64,000 bases of DNA, taken from positions 39,503-103,502 of the forward strand of contig JAMNXP010000003.1 of NCBI GenBank assembly GCA_023653095.1. The letters are read 5' to 3'. Shown piece after piece: positions 9,705 through 17,828 of the stretch (the first letter of the stretch is position 1; every line of letters starts with the position of its first letter). A program made the translations under genes and the position numbers. Under the pieces are notes generated by a model. That model searched no databases. It had not been told where the DNA came from and saw only the letters and a list, made by a program, of their open reading frames with translations. The stretch is from Bacteroidia bacterium. Lineage in GTDB: Bacteria; Bacteroidota; Bacteroidia; NS11-12g; UBA955.

Positions 9705-11029
9705 TTCTCATTAACCTTTTTTACTTCCAAATATGCTTTATAAACAGGATCTGTTGTGTCCTGAACAAGTATTCCATCGACTATTTGTTTTAGTACTAAA
9801 TAGTCGTTTTGGCCAATCTCACCAGGTTTCTTTGCTAATTGCTCAAGAACACGTAAAGCTATCATATGCCTGTCTTGAAAATCATCGCTATTAATATTCT
9901 TAACTCCCATAATATCAGTAGCGACTTTGTTAAGTGGTTGATCAACAGGGTTAATATCAGGATGCAATTCGTCAAGATTAATTAATTCTTCCTGTTTCAA
10001 ACTCTGAACAATAAAAGGTGAATGAGTTGTTACTACAAACTGCATTTTAGGGAAAGTCGCTTTCAAATCTTTAATAACATGCCGCTGCCATGTGGGATGC
10101 AAATGCATGTCTAATTCATCAATCAAAACCACGCCAGGGCTTTTCACAACTGCATCATAACCCAACTTTCCATTCAACATGATGCAGCGGTAAGCAATTT
10201 CTGCCACCATGTTCAACATAGCCTTCATACCATCGCTTAGCATAGAGGCAATCTTTCTTTCAACCGGCTGCCCGTCATTAAAATCTACCAATACTTCAAA
10301 CTCATCATACTTTGAGTTGTATTCGATTTCTTTTATGTAGGGTATGGCGGTTGTAATGGCATCATACATAGCTTGTATTGTGCCCTCAAATTCTACTTCA
10401 TCTTTTACCTTCTTTTCGTAACTGTATAGCCATTCATACACACCTGTGAAATCAACACTATCTCCTAGTGCAGTGTAATACCCTTTCTCCAAACGAGACA
10501 TCCTACGCCACTTTTTATCAACCCTTCTTACCTGTGCATTGGTTCGATTAATATAGAAATTAGCTAATACTGGATATAGCACATTCTTTTTAGTTGAATG
10601 ATTGTCAAACAAATAATTAGCATAGCGAATAATGTCAGCAGAATGCTCTTTTTTATGAGTAGTGGCATTACTTGGGAGATAGTGTCTTTCCCAACGAAAC
10701 GGTTCTGGTATTTCATCAACTACATCGTTATGATACCATTTAGCGGCAACAATTAAAGACGGATTTTCTTTGTTGGGCAGATAGTCTTTTCTTTCGGGGT
10801 AATATTTTACAAACCGTTCTCCTTTCTTAAACTGCCTTCTGTAAATATAGTTTGCAGGCAATGTAGGCATAGATTGTAAGAAAGCACCTAAACCCACTTG
10901 CAATGCATTGAGCAAGGTTGATTTACCAAGTCCATTATTACCTATGGCCACAGTAAACCTCTCCTTGAACTCGAAAGACTTTTCTTCAAAGCCCTTAAAG
11001 TTTTTTAAGTGTATGTGTGTTATCAGCAT
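9701..11029 (-). CDS. ABC-type AAA ATPase, PtuA-like (AAA_15/21-like)
   Basis: 442 aa. N-terminal LKNFKGF, Walker A GNNGLGKSTLLNAL, Walker B VVLIDELDMHLHP and VVTTHSPFIV. One nt separates it from the hsdM stop. Confidence 0.7.
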   Translation of the reverse strand: MLITHIHLKNFKGFEEKSFEFKERFTVAIGNNGLGKSTLLNALQVGLGAFLQSMPTLPANYIYRRQFKKGERFVKYYPERKDYLPNKENPSLIVAAKWYHNDVVDEIPEPFRWERHYLPSNATTHKKEHSADIIRYANYLFDNHSTKKNVLYPVLANFYINRTNAQVRRVDKKWRRMSRLEKGYYTALGDSVDFTGVYEWLYSYEKKVKDEVEFEGTIQAMYDAITTAIPYIKEIEYNSKYDEFEVLVDFNDGQPVERKIASMLSDGMKAMLNMVAEIAYRCIMLNGKLGYDAVVKSPGVVLIDELDMHLHPTWQRHVIKDLKATFPKMQFVVTTHSPFIVQSLKQEELINLDELHPDINPVDQPLNKVATDIMGVKNINSDDFQDRHMIALRVLEQLAKKPGEIGQNDYLVLKQIVDGILVQDTTDPVYKAYLEVKKVNEK

Positions 11030-11030
11030 C

Positions 11031-12815
11031 TTATTCGATTATTTCTTTTAATAGCCCCTCTGTTTCTTCCTCAATAGCCAGAATATCTTTTGCGATTTCA
11101 TCTAAAGGTCTTGGGGGCTGGTGTTTATAGAAGTATTTAGCAAAATTGATTTCATAACCCACCTTGTTATCCTTTTCATCCCACCATGCATCAGGAGCAA
11201 AAGGCAATACTTCTCTTTCAAAAAATTCCTGAATGTCTTCTTTTAAAGGAATGTTCTCTGTGTCCTTCAATTTGCTATCTGCCTTTGGCTTTCCTTTACT
11301 TGCATAAATGATATTGCCGTTTTCATCTCTTTCCGGACGGTTCACATTAATTTGTGTGTAGCCAAAATCCTCGTTATCGAAAATTTTACTGTATTCATTT
11401 TCCTCAAAGTCGAGGTACATTTTTTCAATTACCGGTATATGACTTTCTGAAAATTCAACCCTCTTTTTGCCCAAAGGCTTCCGCATTTTAGTGTAGAACT
11501 TTTCAGATGTAGCATTAATCAGCTGAACCTTTCCTATACGGTGTTTTGCCTTTCTATTGGTGATTATGAAAATGTAAGTGGGAATACCCGTATTGTAGAA
11601 CATATCATTAGGCAATGCTATGATGGCTTCCAATAAATCATTTGAAATGATATGCTTTCTGATTTCGCTTTCGCCTTGTCCTGCATCACCAGTAAATAAG
11701 GCTGAACCATTGTGAACTGAAGCAATACGACTGCCGAGTTCGGTATCCTTCATTTTACTGAGCATGTGTAATACAAACATCAACTGACCATCATTAACCC
11801 GACTGGTTACAGCTTCATTCTTATAGCAGCCATTCAGGATAAAACGCTTATCAATGATCTTTCCTTTTTCGCCCACTCCTAGGGCTTTCTTATCGGGAGC
11901 CCACGTTTTGCCATAAGGCGGGTTTGTGAGCATGAAATCGAACTTCAAATCAGAAGGAAAACCGTATGTACTTAATGTACTGCCATAGGCAATTTTGTTT
12001 GGGTCTTCCCCTTTTATCAGCATATCGCTTTTGCAGGTAGCGTATATAAAGGGAGTGCTTTCCTGACCGTATAAATGAACTGTTGCGTTACTTCTAATTG
12101 GACCTTCAGGATTCAACATGAAGTTCTTTGCGATTGTGAGCATACCACCAGAACCAACGCAAGGGTCGTAAAGCAAATATGTACCTTGTTTGATTTGATC
12201 TTTTACGGGAACAAAAACAAGATGCGTCATTAAATCGATGATTTCCCTTGGTGTAAAGTGTTCTCCGGCTTCTTCGTTATTTTCTTCATTAAAACGCCTT
12301 ACTAAATCTTCATAAACATAACCCATAGCTAATGGGGGTAGCTTATCTGGATGTAGTTCAACTTTGGGAGAACAAAACTTTTCGATTAAAGAGAATAGAA
12401 TTTGAGCTTCTTCAAGTGTTTCTATTTCATTTCTGAACTTAAACTTATTGATAATGTCCTGTACATTATCTGAAAAGCCGTTGAGGTAGTTTTCAAAATT
12501 AGAACGCAAGTTTTTTGGATCTTGCATTAACTTCTTTAATGTAAATGGCGAGGTGTTATAAAAGGCCAGTCCTGAACCATGCTTGCTGTTCGTTAACAAT
12601 GAATCAAGATTTTGCAGCTTGTCCTTATACTCCGAAAATGTTTTAAGAACCTGGTCTTTCGTTGGCTCTAATAGTAAGTCTAATCTGCGAATAACAATCA
12701 TTGGCAGAATAACATCTTTGTATTTACCCTTCTGATAGGTATTAACTAAAACATCATCAGCAACCGTCCAGAGAAAGTTAATAATTGGTTGAAGTGATTG
12801 TGTATTTAAAGCCAT
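11031..12815 (-). CDS. hsdM: type I R-M N6-adenine DNA methyltransferase subunit M
   Basis: 594 aa. SAM-binding motif DPCVGSGGML and catalytic motif LTNPPYGKTW (NPPY). Confidence 0.9.
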   Translation of the reverse strand: MALNTQSLQPIINFLWTVADDVLVNTYQKGKYKDVILPMIVIRRLDLLLEPTKDQVLKTFSEYKDKLQNLDSLLTNSKHGSGLAFYNTSPFTLKKLMQDPKNLRSNFENYLNGFSDNVQDIINKFKFRNEIETLEEAQILFSLIEKFCSPKVELHPDKLPPLAMGYVYEDLVRRFNEENNEEAGEHFTPREIIDLMTHLVFVPVKDQIKQGTYLLYDPCVGSGGMLTIAKNFMLNPEGPIRSNATVHLYGQESTPFIYATCKSDMLIKGEDPNKIAYGSTLSTYGFPSDLKFDFMLTNPPYGKTWAPDKKALGVGEKGKIIDKRFILNGCYKNEAVTSRVNDGQLMFVLHMLSKMKDTELGSRIASVHNGSALFTGDAGQGESEIRKHIISNDLLEAIIALPNDMFYNTGIPTYIFIITNRKAKHRIGKVQLINATSEKFYTKMRKPLGKKRVEFSESHIPVIEKMYLDFEENEYSKIFDNEDFGYTQINVNRPERDENGNIIYASKGKPKADSKLKDTENIPLKEDIQEFFEREVLPFAPDAWWDEKDNKVGYEINFAKYFYKHQPPRPLDEIAKDILAIEEETEGLLKEIIE

Positions 12816-12818
12816 GAG

Positions 12819-13130
12819 TTATTTATTTCTTTTGTTTCTTTTATTCGATTTCAATGTTTCTTGAGCAGCATCCATTGCCTTTAGTGCAACATCTTCATCC
12901 TTGACCACTTCATACAACTGATCGGCTAACCAAAGCACAAGCAATTCGTTGGAATCTGCTTTCAGTATTTCAGCCAATACCGGAATCTGATCCCTTTTAA
13001 GTAGTCTGCTCCCTTTTTCAATTTTACTCAGTTGGGCCGTATCCATTTCAAGAAATGGTGCTACCTGCCGCAAATACAAGTTTTGCTTCTCTCTGAGCTC
13101 CCTGACCCTCTCACCAAATTGACTTTTCAT
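12819..13130 (-). CDS. XRE-family HTH transcriptional regulator (candidate controller of the R-M operon)
   Basis: 103 aa. FGERVRELREKQNLYLRQVAPFLEMDTAQLSKIEKGSR fits the HTH_3/XRE pattern. It is the first gene of the operon, 3 nt upstream of hsdM. Confidence 0.75.
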   Translation of the reverse strand: MKSQFGERVRELREKQNLYLRQVAPFLEMDTAQLSKIEKGSRLLKRDQIPVLAEILKADSNELLVLWLADQLYEVVKDEDVALKAMDAAQETLKSNKRNKRNK

Positions 13131-13151
13131 CGTTTTAATATTGACTTGTCA

Positions 13152-13167
13152 TATATTGGCAAATATA
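13152..13167 (-). promoter_or_regulatory. candidate promoter -7 box plus overlapping palindromic operator for the XRE/R-M operon
   Basis: The minus strand reads ..ATTGCTAAAAAGCTAATTTTTTTGGTATATTTGCCAATATATGAC..N..ATG. TATATTTG (13167-13160) matches the Bacteroidota -7 consensus TAnnTTTG, and its 3' end is ~29 nt from the ATG. A TTG lies ~21 nt upstream of it. The perfect inverted repeat TATATT-N4-AATATA (13152-13167) overlaps the box. Confidence 0.35.
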
Positions 13168-13255
13168 CCAAAAAAATTAGCTTTTTAGCAATAATTTTGT
13201 CCATTTTAGACTTCTAAATAATTTTTGATCACACAAAAAGTAATTCCACAGTAAA

Positions 13256-13284
13256 TCCCACGGAACTTTCTGCATTCCATGGGA
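13256..13284 (-). terminator. candidate hairpin terminator/insulator between island maintenance genes and the defence operon
   Basis: tcccacggaa-ctttctgca-ttccatggga forms a 10-bp stem with one mismatch and a 9-nt loop. On the minus strand it is followed by TTTACTG. It lies 15 nt downstream of the stop at 13299. The T-tract is weak. Confidence 0.35.
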
Positions 13285-13298
13285 TTCTTGTGGTAAAA

Positions 13299-14045
13299 TC
13301 AACTGAAAAAATCGGAATCTCCGAGATTATCTAGGAATTCTATGGAATCATCATCGTATGCGTAGGAAACCATGAATTCATCTTCATCCTCGTCATCATC
13401 TACGTTGTCATTTGCGGTATCGAGGGCTTTGTTAAACATGTCCATGAGCGATTTGAAATAATAATGCCCTAGATGAGAATCGGTATCAATACCATAGACT
13501 GCCATGTGCTCTTGGACTTGCTCCCAAAGTTTGCTTAGCGTCTTGTAGCTGCGTTTGAAGGCTGCCAGATCCATTTCAATTTCTTCGTAATCAAACTCAG
13601 ACAGTAACGCACGTTCTTTCTCAATCCATACTTTTAGGCCATGGTTGATTTTGCGTTCTTCAATTTGCTGTTGACGTGCAATGGCGTCCTTTTCCAAATG
13701 CTTCAGCTCTAACTCTCGCTTGCGGAGTTCAAGCTCTTTGTCCTGTTGTGCAAGCTTGCGCAATTCGAGCTCGTGCTCCAATTGCAATTTCTTCAAAGCG
13801 ATTTCACGCTCTAATCGGTTGAGGTCGTTGTGGTTTTCCATTTTATTATAGTTTTTAGTTTGATGATTGGGCATGTTGGCTTTGGCAATAAGGTCAATGG
13901 GCAAGGAATTGCCTCCATTGCCTGATTGGCCATTAAGCCAACGAAATACCTGGCTCTTGCTTACATTGAGCTCAGAAGCAATTTGCCTTATGCTGTAGCC
14001 CTTCTTTTGTAGCTCTTGGGCTTGGTGTATTAAATTTTGATTCAT
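13299..14045 (-). CDS. HTH domain / coiled-coil protein of the integrative element
   Basis: 248 aa. N-terminal HTH (KGYSIRQIASELNVSKSQVFRWLNG), a Glu/Lys/Leu-rich coiled coil with near-repeats (LELRKLAQQDKELELRKRELELKHLEK) and an acidic tail. Confidence 0.5.
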   Translation of the reverse strand: MNQNLIHQAQELQKKGYSIRQIASELNVSKSQVFRWLNGQSGNGGNSLPIDLIAKANMPNHQTKNYNKMENHNDLNRLEREIALKKLQLEHELELRKLAQQDKELELRKRELELKHLEKDAIARQQQIEERKINHGLKVWIEKERALLSEFDYEEIEMDLAAFKRSYKTLSKLWEQVQEHMAVYGIDTDSHLGHYYFKSLMDMFNKALDTANDNVDDDEDEDEFMVSYAYDDDSIEFLDNLGDSDFFS

Positions 14046-14071
14046 GGTTATTAATTGGTTTACTCATATAC

Positions 14072-15466
14072 TCAATTGCTCATTGGCTCATCGTCACAAT
14101 TCTGAGCACCTTTTTTCTGATACTTTCCATGACCAATGCGTTCAAAGGCATCACTAGACAAATACCTGGTGAGGGTTGCTAATGATATTTCTAAACCCTC
14201 CCCGATTTCATTGGCTTCTTTCCTGGTAAAAGTATCGGGGAGCATTTCAATCATAAACTGGAGTTTTCGGTATTTGATAATATCGTTATTCACCCCCGGC
14301 ATTTCTGCCATGTGTTTAGCACTGTTGCTTATTAAATGCTTTGCTAAACTCATTGCCACATTGAAATCGGACTGGTTTAATTGAATGGAGTGTGAGGGAT
14401 TTACTCTTTGATCAATAAACAATCTCAGACATGACAACACCATTGTAATGCGATAGCAAATCAGTCCTGTGCGATGCAAGGATGCCAAAATTCGATCACC
14501 TGTATCATTAAAATAAGATTCTAACAATGCCGCAAACTTGTTTTGAAATTCTACCTGTAATGACTTCTCAAGATGACACTCTAAAGGTGTCCCAAGCCTG
14601 TTTAATAACTCGTAAAGGATAAATATCTGCTGTCCCAATTGCATGAATTCCTGTCCCGGTATTGTCCCACGGCGCTCAAACACATCCCTGAATTTTGGGA
14701 CACTACGCATGGAATAGTACATGAAACGACTAAATAATCCATTCTCTGCATCAGGAATCAATCGTTTCAACTGTCCTTGTGTCCCGGTAAGAAAAACTGT
14801 GAGCTTGGGCGATTCCAAAGAAATATATTCCTTGTTTGTCTTGCGCTGAATCTCCACCGTTTCATGATGAAACGCACACCGTAAAACATCACTAAAATTT
14901 CCCCAATCTTGCGATAATGAATTACTCAGCGTATCGGCCTCTGTGCTAAATAATATTCCAGCCCCGTTATTCTCAGATAACGTATGAAGAAATGAGCTGG
15001 CGCTATTATTGGCAGGAATCAATAACATTTTACAAGGTGGCGGTGGCACAAATCCTTCCTGAGTATCCTTTTCCTTTCTCTTGGCACTCATTTTCAATTC
15101 ATATTCCTGCTGTAGAATTTTAGATTCATCTCGCTTGGCTTTATGAATCGGCGCAGCTAAATACCGGACAAAATTCAGAATGCCTTTTCCTGCACCTGCG
15201 GGCGCATCAATAAAGGCGAATAAATTTGGGTACACTATGCGATTATCATAAATGCCATAAACATTGGGCAAGCATCCCGATAGTATGGTAATCGCTCCTA
15301 ATAGAATTACATCACGCTCTTGTTTATTAGATGCTACAATAAAAAGAGGCTGTAAACACTCAGGAATCATTTCAAATACGGAATCATCGAAATTCAATTC
15401 CGTATCTTCAGCTGCACCAGGAACCCAAAAAATTTCTTCTGTTTGTGGTTCTTGCTTTGAGTTCAT
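14072..15466 (-). CDS. DUF3987-like protein (P-loop, integrative-element replication/maintenance)
   Basis: 464 aa with the P-loop-like motif IDAPAGAGKGIL. Its position after int/xis genes is typical of DUF3987 proteins of Bacteroidota integrative elements. This assignment is from memory. It has a 4-nt overlap with the upstream HTH gene. Confidence 0.55.
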   Translation of the reverse strand: MNSKQEPQTEEIFWVPGAAEDTELNFDDSVFEMIPECLQPLFIVASNKQERDVILLGAITILSGCLPNVYGIYDNRIVYPNLFAFIDAPAGAGKGILNFVRYLAAPIHKAKRDESKILQQEYELKMSAKRKEKDTQEGFVPPPPCKMLLIPANNSASSFLHTLSENNGAGILFSTEADTLSNSLSQDWGNFSDVLRCAFHHETVEIQRKTNKEYISLESPKLTVFLTGTQGQLKRLIPDAENGLFSRFMYYSMRSVPKFRDVFERRGTIPGQEFMQLGQQIFILYELLNRLGTPLECHLEKSLQVEFQNKFAALLESYFNDTGDRILASLHRTGLICYRITMVLSCLRLFIDQRVNPSHSIQLNQSDFNVAMSLAKHLISNSAKHMAEMPGVNNDIIKYRKLQFMIEMLPDTFTRKEANEIGEGLEISLATLTRYLSSDAFERIGHGKYQKKGAQNCDDEPMSN

Positions 15467-15813
15467 CGTCTGATTGGATTTTGACGAACGTAGCTCCTAG
15501 CATCTTTTTCGATTTTGCTTATCTGTTCATGTTTACCTGAATTTAACCATTCCTGCAGATCACCCTTTCGAAATAGAATCTTCTTTCCATTCTTGAAGAA
15601 CGGAATTTTTCTTCTACTCGTCATCGAGTACAAGGTCTGTTTGGCAATGTGCAGAAACTCTGCAGCCTGATCGGCGTTGAGCACTTCTGCTTTCTGATTG
15701 TTCTCGGCCAGTTCTGTAACGGCCGTTTCTTGATGCTGTTCTAATGCGGTCTGAACAGCTTCATTCACCAACTCCGTGATGAATGCTTGTAGGTGAGTAA
15801 TACTTTCTTTCAT
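15463..15813 (-). CDS. excisionase-family HTH DNA-binding protein
   Basis: 116 aa. LNADQAAEFLHIAKQTLYSMTSRRKIPFFKNGKKILFRKGDLQEWL is the MerR/AlpA-type excisionase pattern. Confidence 0.65.
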   Translation of the reverse strand: MKESITHLQAFITELVNEAVQTALEQHQETAVTELAENNQKAEVLNADQAAEFLHIAKQTLYSMTSRRKIPFFKNGKKILFRKGDLQEWLNSGKHEQISKIEKDARSYVRQNPIRR

Positions 15814-15839
15814 ATTTGAAACATTTACTCACCATGCAT

Positions 15840-15847
15840 CAAAAATA
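15840..15847 (-). promoter_or_regulatory. candidate -7 promoter box for the xis-like/DUF3987 genes
   Basis: The minus strand reads TATTTTTG (TAnnTTTG consensus), 27 nt upstream of the ATG at 15813. Confidence 0.3.
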
Positions 15848-16067
15848 AAACCGTGCCAAGCGCTGTGGTTTCCTTTTTTTATTTATCGATGTTTAGAGGG
15901 TTCGAGTTGCTCTGGAATTCAGTCTCATAGTGTGTCAGACTGTGTCAAAAGCAGTCCATATCCGTCTACTTTTGCGCAGATGTTTTTTCAAGTACGCAAA
16001 TTCAAGAAAGCAATTTTTTGCTCCGTATCATACTGACATTCAGCCAATTTGTCACTGCCATAAATCG

Positions 16068-17210
16068 CTATTGTTGTTCATTCTTGTCAGGTTTGATACC
16101 CAATTGAATACTCTGCATCGCTTTGGTTTTCGTTGTATCCATCACCTTACCATAAATCTGTGTGGTATGAATATGTTTGTGTCCTAAGAGTTTTGAAACG
16201 GTATAGATATCAGTTCCTTCCGCTAGTTGTAACGTAGCAAATGTGTGTCGGAAATTATGAAAGGTAATCTTCTTACGAATACCAGCCTTTTGCAACCACC
16301 GATTCAAATTCGCATAGTCGCGTTGGAAATTGTAATCACCGAATATGCGTTCTGCATTCTCTTCATAATGGCCCAACAAACTCAATGCTTCATCAGATAT
16401 AGGCAGTGTCTCCATGCCTTTTGTTTTACTCTGTGTAAAGCGAATGAAATAGCCTAAGTTTTCGGAGTGTTGTATTTGTTCACCTCGAAGTTTCACCACA
16501 TCCCCCAAACGTAAACCTGTGAGAGCAGAAAACATACAAGTACGTTTCATCAAATCAGAATCAACAGGTGTATTGTAAAGTTTTATCAATTCTTCTTTGG
16601 TTAAAAACTCTCTATAAGTTTCCGGTTGTTGAATGCCTTTCACGGCATCAAAAGGATTACTAATCATATGACCATATACCATTGATTCCCGAACCGTTGC
16701 TCTGAGCTTGTTGAAATATGTGTAACACGAATTTTGAGAGATACGCATTTTGGGTGAATTGATACGCGTAGCTTTTTTCTCTAAAAACTCTTTGTACTCA
16801 TTGATGAACTGTGGAGTGATGTCGCCGAAATTACATTGACCCTTACAAAACTGAACAAAGGTTTTATATGATGCAACCCAACCACCATGTGTATTGGGAT
16901 TGCCAATCCATTTGTTCATTTGCTTTTCATAGAATGGCAGGAAGTCATCAAACTGTGAACTACGTTTGATACCGAACTTCCCTGCTAAGCGATCCAGTTG
17001 ACGATTGGCAGCAATAGATCGAGCCAAGGTTTCAATATCTCGGTTGTGACGTTTCTCCATCTCATCCCTCGGGGGACTGTAGAGATACATATTGAGGTAT
17101 TCCCACCGGGTTAATTTGCCACTTTCGGGATGGATAATTGGTGGGCAGTGATCTAGGTAAAGGCTGATCCGGCCTGTCTTTAAAAGACGCTTTCGAAGTG
17201 TAACTCTCAT
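16068..17210 (-). CDS. tyrosine-type site-specific recombinase/integrase
   Basis: 380 aa. C-terminal catalytic motifs LTGLRLGDV (Arg), HNFRHTFATLQL (H-x-x-R) and LLGHKHIHTTQIYGKV (His...Tyr). Confidence 0.9.
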   Translation of the reverse strand: MRVTLRKRLLKTGRISLYLDHCPPIIHPESGKLTRWEYLNMYLYSPPRDEMEKRHNRDIETLARSIAANRQLDRLAGKFGIKRSSQFDDFLPFYEKQMNKWIGNPNTHGGWVASYKTFVQFCKGQCNFGDITPQFINEYKEFLEKKATRINSPKMRISQNSCYTYFNKLRATVRESMVYGHMISNPFDAVKGIQQPETYREFLTKEELIKLYNTPVDSDLMKRTCMFSALTGLRLGDVVKLRGEQIQHSENLGYFIRFTQSKTKGMETLPISDEALSLLGHYEENAERIFGDYNFQRDYANLNRWLQKAGIRKKITFHNFRHTFATLQLAEGTDIYTVSKLLGHKHIHTTQIYGKVMDTTKTKAMQSIQLGIKPDKNEQQ

Positions 17211-17212
17211 AA

Positions 17213-17578
17213 CTATTTGGATTTTATAATTTTATCTAATTCATCACGCAGGATTAAACGCCTCGTTCCAATAGAAAAGGTTCGGATTTTATTGGCTTTA
17301 ATCATTCTTGCAACTGTCCACCGGGAGATTCCGAGCAACAAACTCACCTCATTTACGCTCAAAACCTCCCTGGCTTGAATCATCACTACAGGGGCAGTTA
17401 ATTGACTTTTTACAAGTGTCTTATCTTGGAGTAATTTCTCCTGTCTTTTGTTCTCTTTATAAGCCCTGGAGCCACATTTGTGAGAGCAGTACAAAGTGGT
17501 ACTTTTCCTTGCCAAGAACGCTTCTTGGCAGAAAACACAGATTTTTGGATATGGGTGTTTACTAGCAGTCATTGTCAT
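17213..17578 (-). CDS. zinc-ribbon + excisionase-type HTH protein (start moved to internal ATG)
   Basis: The track ORF extends to 17779, but that N-terminal extension is hydrophobic junk crossing the mnmE terminator. From the MTMTASK start, a Cys4 cluster (CVFCQ...CSHKCG) is followed by LSVNEVSLLLGISRWTVARMIKANKIRTFSIGTRRLILRDELDK (excisionase HTH). It lies 2 nt upstream of the integrase. Confidence 0.6.
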   Translation of the reverse strand: MTMTASKHPYPKICVFCQEAFLARKSTTLYCSHKCGSRAYKENKRQEKLLQDKTLVKSQLTAPVVMIQAREVLSVNEVSLLLGISRWTVARMIKANKIRTFSIGTRRLILRDELDKIIKSK

Positions 17579-17761
17579 TTCGCCGTTATGTAGCAGCATG
17601 GTGCACGGTGGTGCAGCATGGTGCAGGGTGTAGCAATTTTTTTTGTTACGTTCTAAATTTGTTGCTGGCATGTTGTTCAAAATATCTGGTGTACAGATGA
17701 GCAACAAAAGTGATGCAAAACACCAAAAATGACGAAAAATGACCGTTGGTCTAAAAACGCG

Positions 17762-17786
17762 AAAACCCTTGACTATCAAGGGTTTT
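17762..17786 (-). terminator. rho-independent terminator of mnmE
   Basis: AAAACCCTTG-actat-CAAGGGTTTT is a perfect 10-bp stem, 43 nt downstream of the mnmE stop. On the minus strand it is followed by CGCGTTTTTAG. Confidence 0.6.
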
Positions 17787-17828
17787 ATTTATCTTTTGTT
17801 GTTTTTGTTTATCGTTGATTATCGGCGT

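Larger units (their letters stand above)
1..17761. mobile_element. integrative genomic island (right-hand portion), inserted downstream of mnmE, with a defence operon as cargo
   Basis: The int/xis-like/DUF3987 module at 13299-17578 is directly followed by a co-oriented accessory operon. The island is visibly more AT-rich than the flanking core genes. The mnmE terminator at 17762-17786 marks the core side. The left end is outside the window, so att repeats cannot be defined. Confidence 0.6.

Noticed and set aside
15930-16187. Plus-strand 85-aa ORF spanning the integrase 3' end and the downstream spacer
   Set aside because: It overlaps the integrase on the opposite strand and has a composition typical of a shadow ORF. 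The spacer more plausibly holds the promoter of the xis-like gene.
17579-17779. N-terminal 67-codon extension of the 17213-17779 ORF
   Set aside because: The extension is hydrophobic nonsense and runs through the mnmE terminator hairpin. The recognisable zinc-ribbon/HTH protein begins at the internal ATG at 17578.
17579-17828. tRNA gene as the integration target at the island/core junction
   Set aside because: I could fold no cloverleaf-like sequence or conserved T-loop (GTTCRANYC) by eye. The only strong hairpin is the mnmE terminator.
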